Shown in pieces: positions 12,301 to 20,179 of a stretch of DNA of 64,000 nt; position 1 is the stretch's first letter, and every line of letters begins with the position of its first letter. Position numbers and translations under genes: made by a program. This DNA is from Bugula neritina (taxonomy: Eukaryota > Animalia > Bryozoa): assembly GCA_964035545.1 (NCBI GenBank), contig OZ037765.1, positions 32,921,504 through 32,985,503 on the forward strand. Reading direction: 5' to 3'. The notes beneath the pieces were generated by a model. The model had not been told where the DNA came from, ran no database searches, and saw nothing but the letters and a program-made list of their open reading frames with translations.

Positions 12301-15300
12301 AAGCAATAATTGAACATTTCCATATTATTGTAAATTACACATATTTATGTTATTGTATACCTTATATTGCAGTCTCTGTCACATGACTCAGTTAGAGATA
12401 CTATAAGACATAGGAGAGAATCCTCTCAACACAGTACCAGATGTTGTGTCATCACTCACATCACTTAAACAGTTGAATATGAGTATATGTGGTATATCCA
12501 GTCTACCTAAGAGGTTTGTGCGTCACATGTTTATTACTACTTCACAACAACATTATAGTACCTCACTTTAAACAGTATTTATATTCAACTTGTTGTATAT
12601 AAAGTATAATATGGAGTAGCTATAGTCTGACTGTGCTGTGTTATACAATGAAATGGTAAGGGCGGAGTGCAATAATATGGAAATCCACCCTTGAGCATGG
12701 TCATGGATTTTAGCCAATACCACGATATTAGGAATAAAATATTCAATTATTTATAAAAAACACAAAATATTTATTCCTGCTGCATTATTGAAGTATCACA
12801 GTGCTCTATCAACAAGTTCATATTTATGCAAGTATTTAATTCAGAGTTTGATAAACATAATTATATAATCTCTAGATTTAGGGGTACATAACAGTGACTA
12901 TTGATCACAGGTTAATAATGATGAAATAGTCATAAAAAAGGTGTGAAAACAATACCAGTAATAAATAGTTATAGCATCAACTAGCTTTATTTGTCACCCA
13001 TTTTAAAAATAAAAAGAACAGCCGACACCCTAACTATTTAATATGCAAAACCTGCAGATTTCTTCATTGATAAGACGTTGCTGATTAAATTGTATAGTGA
13101 TGTATACTATGTATAGTAATATATACTATGTATAGTAATGTATACTATTTATAGTAATATGTACTATGTATAGTAATGTACACTATGTATAGTGATGTAT
13201 ACTATGTATAATGATGTATACTATGTATAGTAATGTATACTATGTATGGTATTGTGTACTATGTATAGTAATGTATACTATGTATAGTATTGTATACTAT
13301 GTTTAGTAATGTATACTATGTATAGTAATGTATACTATGTATAGTAATGTATACTATGTATAATGATGTATACTATGTATAGTAATGTATACTATGTATA
13401 GTGATGTATACTATATGTATAAAAGTATATAATATGTATAGTAATGTGTACTATGTATAGTAATGTATACTATATATAGTAATGTATAATATGTATAGTA
13501 ATGTATACTATGTATAGTAATGTATACTATATATAGTAATGTATAATATGTATAGTAATGTATACTGTGTATAGTAATGTATACTATGTATAGTAATGTA
13601 TACTATATATAGTAATGTATAATATGTATAGTAATGTATACTATGTATAGTAATGTGTACTATGCATTGTGATGTATACTATGTATGGTGATATATACTA
13701 TATATAGTATTGTATAATATGCATAGTGATGTATACTATGTATAGTAATGCATACTATATGTATATTAGTATATAATATGTATAGTAATGTATACTATGT
13801 ATAATAATGTATACTATATATAGTAATGTATAATATGTATAGTAATGTATACTGTGTATGGTATTGTGTACTATGTATAGTATTGTATACTATGTATAGT
13901 AATGTATATTATATGTATAGTAATGTATATTATGTATAGTAATGTATAATATTTGTAGTAATGTATACTATGTACAGTAATGTATACTATGTATAGTGAT
14001 GTATACTATGTATAGTGATGTATACTATGTATATATGTGATGTATACTATGTATAGTGATGTATACTATGTATAGTAGTGAGTATACTATACATAGTGAT
14101 GATATACTATGTGTAGTAATGTATACTATATGTATATATAGTGAAATAAGGATAATTCAGTAAGCTATGTAATCTAATTTTATTATTTGCATTCATATAA
14201 AGCTCCAAAAAATTTCTCTCGTGTCAATTTGACTAAATTATATCAATAAATACTAACAAACATTGTCCTTATATAGCATTGTGAGCCTCTTAAACCTCCA
14301 GCGTCTGGATATCTCTAATGGAAGGTATCCACTGAACCAGGAGCCTAAAAACCAGATCACATGTTTACCTGATAACTTCAGCCAGTTATCTAGCTTGGGA
14401 ACTCTTGACCTCAGTGGAAACGATACTCTGAAAGTTCTGACACCAGAGATAGCTGACATGCCTCTACTAACAAAATTATGTGCTGATGGTTGTGAGTCAT
14501 TGACTTCACCACCATATGAAGTTTGTCAACAAGGAGCAGGTGCCATCAAGCAATACTACACAGACATTAGGAACCATGACAGTGTAGAGGTTTCCATGGT
14601 AACTGTTGCTGTCATTGGTCAGACTATGTCTGGCAAGACTAGTCTGATTAAGACACTACAGAGTACAGATAGAACCAGAGTTCTTACTCACAGAGTAGAA
14701 GGTGGACTTGATGATGATACGACCCCAGTGTTCAAAATGGAAGATGTTTGTGTAGATAACGATGTGTTGAGATTCATTGACTTTGGAGGTCATGAAATCT
14801 ATCAGTCGACATATCAGTTTACGTTGAAACCAAATTGTATCCCAGTTGTTGTTGTGAGTTTGGAGCAGTATGAAGCCCTGCAGCATGATATTGGTGGTAA
14901 TGAGGCAGTGAGGCGACTGTATTTTGATTGGTTGTCACATCTCTACCTGACCTATCCTAACCTCGGACCTCCTAACTTGGTGTTGACTCATTTGGATAAA
15001 ATTGATGAAAGCGAGCTTGAAGACATTCAAGACAGTTTTTTTAGCCACACGAAGCATGTTTTTGAAATCATCAGTCGCGATGAAAAGAGCAAGTGGAAAA
15101 ATGGAGGTGCTTTTGCAATAATTAAACATTTTGAAGCAAAGAATATGTTCAAAGCTGAAGATATTTATAAAGTTGGAAATGCTTACTGTGAAGCTTTCAT
15201 CCAGCTAAAAAAGAGATTGCTGAGAGAGAGTAAGCAGTTTGTGAAAGCAATACCAACAACCTGGGTGAAAGTTGAACAAGCCTTGAAGAATTTCAAAAAA

Positions 15301-18300
15301 GGTTACATGTCATTCCAAGATATCTTCAGCCAGTTGTCTAGCAGCATTTCATTAACTGAAAATCAACTTGACATCATCCTGACATACATGCACAACTGTG
15401 GCATGTTGCTCTGGTACAAGGAGGATGTGGACTTGCGTCCTTACATATTCTATCACATCCCCACAGTTACTTCACTCCTCCAAGTTCTGTTTACTCATGA
15501 TGACACAGTTTGGCAGCGTCGTCTGTCAGATTTTGCTAATCCTACTTCTGCTGGTCAACAATTCCTCACACTAAATGAATACAGGTTGTTTGCTGAAAGA
15601 TTTGCTTCAACAGGAATCATGCATGGTAAGATGTTCAAACATTTGTTAAGAACCGAAACAGACTTTCAAGAGAATGCTGCAATGAGAGTTGCGGCTCAAA
15701 TTTTGCTCTCATTCAGAATAATGTATCGCTCTACACTACAGAATGAAGAGAGCTCTTTCATTGCGCCATACTTCTGCAAGGAGTTCCTTAGTGACAACTT
15801 ACCCAACACAGGGAATTGTGTCACCTTTCATGCTCAGCTACGTTTTGATGGTCTTCCACTTCCACAGTATGCCTACCACCAGCTTGCTGTGGACATGGTC
15901 AATTCTTTCTCTCAAGAGTCAGACTGCATAACAGCCAGAAATAATGGAGCTCATGTGGTGAACAAAGATGTAACCTATCAGCTTGTACATGACTACAAGT
16001 CAGGAATAGTAAACATTTGTGTTTCCTTTGACTCCAGACAAGTATGCAGAGCATGGGAAGTTCTGGTTGACATCACCAACTCCTCTATTGAATACATTGA
16101 GACCAGATGGTGTGCCTGTAAAATAGGATGTAAATTCTTCTGTGCTCACTGTGAGCTAGAACAAGACCACCACCCATTTAGCCTCATGAATCCTTCTTGG
16201 GTCCAGTACCATGGCAAGAGATCGGCGCCCTTACCTCCCTCTTTCTTGCCTAATCAGCTCAGATGTAAGAACTTTTTTATTGTTTGCATTACTACTGCTA
16301 ATAAGCAACTATCAACGTTAATTCTTTGAGCTGTGATGCTTCATATTTACATTTATGTCGATTGTCCGACTTTAGCACAGCAGCTCAATGATTATGAAGA
16401 TTTCAATGCAGAGCTTGACTACTTTAAAAATAGACGTCTCTTCTCTAGCCACAGACATCACAATGTAAATTGGATTGCTGAATCAACTGGTGGGAAGATA
16501 TTTAGATGCAAGAAAGATTCTTCCACACCTTCATGTCTCCTCAACCCTTGTGAGTACTTTATACACTCATAATATAAAAACGGTTTTGCAGTATCATTGC
16601 TTATACAAATTGTGTAGTGTTTCTGAACCTAGTTATTACATTTCTCAAAATTCACTAGTTTATTACCATAATATGTGTTGCAGGCTCCAGTTTGTCTGAA
16701 GAAGAGAGCGAATGTCTTTCAAGTTATCTCAGCAAATATCAAAAGCCCAAGTCTACAGGTACTGTATGTTCATCCTATTATACTAATGTTTGTTATAGTA
16801 ATTATAGAAAGAATCTGAGTATGAAGTAAACATATGATCAGTGTGTGAGTATTTAAAAAACTCTGAATGTATATGTATATGCAACATATACTGTGATGTA
16901 TTACTATAAAAAGTCTATAAAATAATGTAGCATATTATTATAATAATAAATTCAGGTGAGATTCAAATTGAATCTGATAATGAAGGAACTGATGCTGATA
17001 GTGATATCTCTGAACACGAAGACTTCAGCTCACCACAAGAAGCCGGTAACATCAAAATGGAAGTTTCTGAGACCAAGAAAAAAAAGATAAAACGTCTGTT
17101 CTATTCTAATGAGGTACTTTAATAAATATTTTATAGTTGTTAGGTATGAACTACATAGTTCAAATATTTTATTTATAAAGTATTATTTGTGGTGAAATAT
17201 CTTTCACTTATAAAAACATGTTGCTCTTTTGAGTATGGTAAATGCACAATGAATTTTTTCTGCTTTCTACCAACCAGTTGAGCGCAGCTGAATTTAGTAA
17301 ATTTAATTATAGAGTTCAGTTGCATTTATATTTTCATTGGTGCTGTAGAGTATTGCAGTGAATGCTGTCTGCAAAATCCCATAAAATTATTCAATCTTAT
17401 CAAACAAATAAGAGAATGATCACCAGTTGTTAAAAAAATTTATAGGTGTATAAAATGAGTGAGACAGCAAGAGGAAGAGCTCTGATTATCAACAACAATG
17501 TTTTCCGTGATAGACCCGAGCTCTATAGAGAAGGATCTGCAGTGGATGTGTCTAATATCCGAGCAGTTTTGGCACATTTGAACTTTGAAGTAGATGTGAG
17601 ACGTGACAGAACTGCTGAGGTGTCCAAACATATAATGCCATATTTTGTTATACTTGTAAACATTAGACATTTCATATTATTCCTATATACTATATTTAAT
17701 CTCATGATTTATTCACAGGAAATGCCGAAGGATATCAAAGATGAGACTCAAAACCCTGACAATGAAGACTATGGTATGCATGTCACTGTACTCATGTCTC
17801 ACGGTGGAACATTTGGTGCTCACGGAGTTCTGTATGGGACTGATGTGAAACCAGTGAAGCTTCTCGATGTCTTTGATTTGTTGTCTTCCGACAACTTCAA
17901 GCACATGGCTGGAAAACCTAAAGTTGTGATCGTGGTAGCTTGTAGGAGTGGTGAGTTGTACATATATCTTAACGCTACTCATATCATACAGGTAAATCTT
18001 TATAACGCTGAAAAGTTTACAGCTCTCCAAATGGCATGTTTTATTGTCTTTCTATGAATAAACTATTATTTTGCTTATTTTTATTTAAAATTTCTTGTAT
18101 CTTATTTCTGTACCATAGATCACTAAGTCTTGTATCTATCCCAGCAGACAGATACAATAGATAGAGTAATGCTTCTTTCACATCTATATAATATAACTAT
18201 TGGAATTTGTAGCTGCCACAGATGCCCTGATAGAGAGAGTAGAAGCTGAGTCTGAAGAGAGTTCAGCCACACAGGAAACTCAACAGGAAACTCAACAGGA

Positions 18301-19071
18301 AACTCAACAAACTCCAAGTAGACAAAATGACTTGAATGTTGATGATCTGTTGATACTGCAGTCTTGCTTTGATGGTAAATCTTTGTGCTACTTGTAAATG
18401 ATGATACTGTCTAGTATATGTATCTATATGTTGGTAGCTGTAAGAATTCTCTAATTAGCTGTTGAGGTTTAGACTGTTATATACTTTTTCTTAAAATAGG
18501 AGTACCGCAATATTACTTTCTACAAAACTCTTAATTTATAAATGCCGTATAATTTATGTTTTCTGTTGTTGCTGACCATTAAGATTTATCATGTAATTTA
18601 AGCCTAAAATGTAGAGTGTATGCAGCAATGTATCTCAAGTATATTAGTGTCAGGTCAACTCTTTCAAACAGAGAAGAAACTATTTTTTAGGTCGGAACTC
18701 TATACGAGATGCAAACTATGGAAGTCCATTCATCAGAGAGTTGGTTAAAACTCTGTACAAACACTCTTCCCATAGAGATCTTGCTACTCTGTTTGATATC
18801 GTAAGTGTGCAATATTTGTCTTTGGTACAGATACTGAGAAGTTTCCAGATGTCTCCTGATATAGGAGATTCAGAGATGTACAGGTGTTCTATTAGTCTGA
18901 TAAACTGATACCTTGTTACAGGTGCAAAGAAGAGTCAAGAAAGTTACTAAAAAGATCTCTGAGACACGTCCGGAATTTTCTGAGCAGGTGCCGATAACGA
19001 CAAAGACTCTCACAGACATGAGGAAAATTTTCTTATTTCCTAAACACAAGATTTCTTCCCCAGCAGAATAG
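242..19071 (+). CDS. Multi-exon gene (5' incomplete): LRR cassettes - ROC GTPase - COR - Cys-rich motif - acidic linker - caspase (p20+p10)
   Basis: Canonical AG/GT boundaries with compatible phases join 14277-16264, 16376-16549, 16684-16758, 16956-17113, 17446-17619, 17719-17950, 18213-18374, 18691-18800 and 18922-19071 into one open frame of about 1,070 codons ending TAG at 19069-19071. The upstream LRR exons are phase 2, matching the phase-2 acceptor at 14276. Confidence 0.85.
719..890 (+). mobile_element. SINE fragment (tRNA-like head, V-domain-like core)
   Basis: Homologous to the reverse complement of 25248-25434; core gtgatgttaggaaga... resembles the V-SINE domain. Confidence 0.55.
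1158..1295 (+). CDS. LRR cassette exon B (138 nt)
   Basis: tattacAG|tttc...gagag|GTttgt; SFSQLTQLETLDMVGNPLNTVPDVVSSLTSLKQLNMSNFGILSVLE; phase 2-2; 3' end has lost the C and LP consensus residues. Confidence 0.85.
2588..3443 (-). pseudogene. Decayed ORF3 (Zn-finger + coiled coil) of Gypsy 1
   Basis: A*KLCQEQLMTYGHLRVHVVQHFAMIFCPCG...C and ICDLEQHIHKLEEKLSQLTPQLL align with ORF 34494-35281; stop and frameshifts. Confidence 0.8.
7211..7550 (-). mobile_element. 5'-truncated CR1/L2-group LINE 3' end inserted in gag of Gypsy 1
   Basis: Interrupts gag between NED and VEKFIQEF; encodes SLWNKLPSSIR...FKFALRDHL* typical of the CR1/L2 ORF2 C-terminus; 3' tail aataaaa(caaa)n. Confidence 0.75.
9482..9622 (+). 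CDS. Degenerate LRR cassette exon C (141 nt, frame preserved)
   Basis: gttccAG|tatg...gaaag|GTttgt; MYQLTQLETPEETPDMEDNSFTTVRAFVSSPKQLKISRSGKFSLPE; 12-nt duplication plus 9-nt deletion; many consensus Leu lost; same downstream intron motif as the other cassettes. Confidence 0.65.
9967..10269. mobile_element. Palindromic MITE with internal (CCTAAC)-like tract
   Basis: ggcacaggtaaaaatggcac at the left vs gtgccatttttacctgtgcc at the right; central aaccct/cctaac-like repeats. Confidence 0.6.
10335..10480. repeat. (GTAATT)n-rich subterminal remnant of a DNA transposon
   Basis: Clustered gtaattgtaattg repeats ending gtaattgaccccaag. Confidence 0.45.
11712..11849 (+). CDS. LRR cassette exon D (138 nt)
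   Basis: actacAG|tttc...gagag|GTttgt; SFSQLTQLEILNIGWNPLNTVPDVVSSLTSLKQLDMSGCSISSLPE. Confidence 0.9.
12043..12180 (+). CDS. LRR cassette exon E (138 nt)
   Basis: attgcAG|tctc...gagag|GTttgt; SLSQLTQLENLNIGGNPLNTVPDVVSSLTSLKQLNMSRCDISSLPE; 331 bp after exon D (tandem unit). Confidence 0.9.
12373..12513 (+). pseudogene. LRR cassette exon F (141 nt) with in-frame TAA
   Basis: Intact AG/GT sites; reads SLCHMTQLEIL*DIGENPLNTVPDVVSSLTSLKQLNMSICGISSLPK; 3-nt insertion gives TAA at 12404-12406; 330 bp after exon E. Confidence 0.85.
13091..14140. repeat. 19-bp minisatellite (TGTATAGTAATGTATACTA)n, about 55 units
   Basis: Direct tandem array of about 1.05 kb. Confidence 0.95.
14277..16264 (+). CDS. 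Large exon: terminal LRRs + ROC GTPase + COR domain (ROCO/MFHAS1-like)
   Basis: Branch point TACTAAC 14251-14257, AG 14275-14276. LRR cap LTSPPYEVCQQG; P-loop GQTMSGKTS; switch II FIDFGGHEIY; G4 LTHLD; COR motifs IPTTWVKVE and YMHNCGMLLWY; CAHC near the end; donor GTaaga at 16265. Confidence 0.92.
16376..16549 (+). CDS. Post-COR exon (ends ...IFRCKKDSSTPSCLLNP)
   Basis: tttAG|ca...t|GTgagt, phase 1-1, 174 nt, open; C-terminal motif resembles the C-x(n)-P-x2-L-x2-P end of MFHAS1-type ROCO proteins. Confidence 0.7.
16684..16758 (+). CDS. Linker exon (CSSLSEEESECLSSYLSKYQKPKST)
   Basis: ttgcAG|gc...acag|GTactg; 75 nt; phase 1-1; open. Confidence 0.75.
16956..17113 (+). CDS. Acidic linker exon with basic patch (GEIQIESDNEGTDADSD...KKKKIKRLFYSNE)
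   Basis: ttcAG|gt...gag|GTact; phase 1-0; open. Confidence 0.8.
17446..17619 (+). CDS. Caspase large subunit exon 1
   Basis: tatAG|gtg; VYKMSETARGRALIINN...REGSAVD matches the caspase Y-x-M...RG-x-ALIINN...R-x-G-x3-D motif; phase 0-0. Confidence 0.9.
17719..17950 (+). CDS. Caspase large subunit exon 2 (catalytic His and Cys)
   Basis: cacAG|gaa...g|GTgagt; LMSHG (His 17800-17802), GKPKVVIVVACRS (Cys 17941-17943). Confidence 0.92.
18213..18374 (+). CDS. Caspase intersubunit linker and start of small subunit
   Basis: ttgtAG|ct...g|GTaaat; AATDAL...QETQQETQQETQQ...DDLLILQSCFD; phase 1-1. Confidence 0.85.
18691..18800 (+). CDS. Caspase small subunit exon
   Basis: ttttttAG|gt...atc|GTaagt; GRNSIRDANYGSPFIRELVKTL matches the S-W-R...GSWFI motif. 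Confidence 0.9.
18922..19071 (+). CDS. Caspase terminal exon
   Basis: ttacAG|gtg; VQRRV...EQVPITTKTLTDMRKIFLFP...* matches the caspase Q-x-P...TL...F-x-FP end; possible polyA signal ATTAAA at 19303-19308. Confidence 0.9.
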   Translation: MQRRVKKVTKKISETRPEFSEQVPITTKTLTDMRKIFLFPKHKISSPAE

Positions 19072-20179
19072 CTGGGATATGCAGATTCATGTTGCTGGGT
19101 TTAGCTTTCCCTTTGTGGCACTGGCCTACCATTATATAATCTTGCATGTTATAACTCAACTCTCTAATTTATAGCTAGTTCAGTTAGCAATGAGCAGAGT
19201 ACTGGTTATATATCACTCTCATTATCTACTACTTAATCAAATCTATTCTATGCTATTTCTATGTGATGGCTAATCTATCCTAGAAGATTATTGATGTGTT
19301 TTATTAAATTTAACTTTTACACATTGTGTGTTTTCAACTAACATTTCTATATATGCATGTTTTTTTATTATTTCATACTATTTATAGTTAACTATAGTAA
19401 TACGCAATACTTTATATCATTTGATTCACTGGAGCTTTGTTTTACACCTGAACTTTTACTATAATAAATTATATTTAAAAGGCATGAATACTTGCTCTTA
19501 AATTCCTATTAGTTTTTCCAACAAGAGTAGAAAGTATTTATTGAACATGTAGAGTTGCCTACCTTTTCTATCAATTTATCCAGCCAGGGATCTTTAAATC
19601 ACAGTGTTATTGCAAGTTCTGCCAGTGAAAGATAGCTCAAACATAGTAGAGTAGCTGTGGAAATTAGTATTATATATCCTGCACAAGTTTGTTGGGAGAA
19701 GTGAAAAACGTGTATTATAGTTGTTATGCAACTCTAAATAATTTCTTACCTTTTGTAAATTTATGACAAGCTATTAATATAATCCTCGTCATTTATGACA
19801 ATGATTAGAATAATCCCATGTGTGTATATGCTTGTGTACCAGGCACATATTTTCCGACCAAGTAGGGTTTTTTGGAATGTTGATTGTCACATCCCTCGAA
19901 TAAGAGGCATATGGGTGGGCAATGCTTTATTCAGTTCACTCTGATATTATATATGCATCGCCCTGACCCACTTTAGTCATATGCATACACTACACTGTTA
20001 CATTGACGCTTGCTGATTGATGTTTAATACGCATTGTTATTTATAACTGCCATCAGAAGTATAGCGGTGTGGTTTAAAAAACAGCTATTCCATTTTCAAT
20101 GAATATACAATAGCATAACTTTCGATTTAAGAAATGAAAAAAAACTGCTTGAAGCAGCACAGATTTGGAGGTGACTCAA

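Noticed and set aside
242-12700. RAG-type recombination signal sequences flanking LRR cassettes
   Set aside because: No CACAGTG heptamer with 12/23-spaced nonamer seen; somatic rearrangement is not supported by sequence alone
13091-14140. CRISPR-like array
   Set aside because: No unique spacers; eukaryotic tandem minisatellite. The LRR units are coding exons, not CRISPR repeats
18119-18165. Extra caspase mini-exon after a good acceptor at 18118
   Set aside because: Immediate in-frame TAA, wrong exit phase and too-short following intron; the direct 17950-18213 join is in frame
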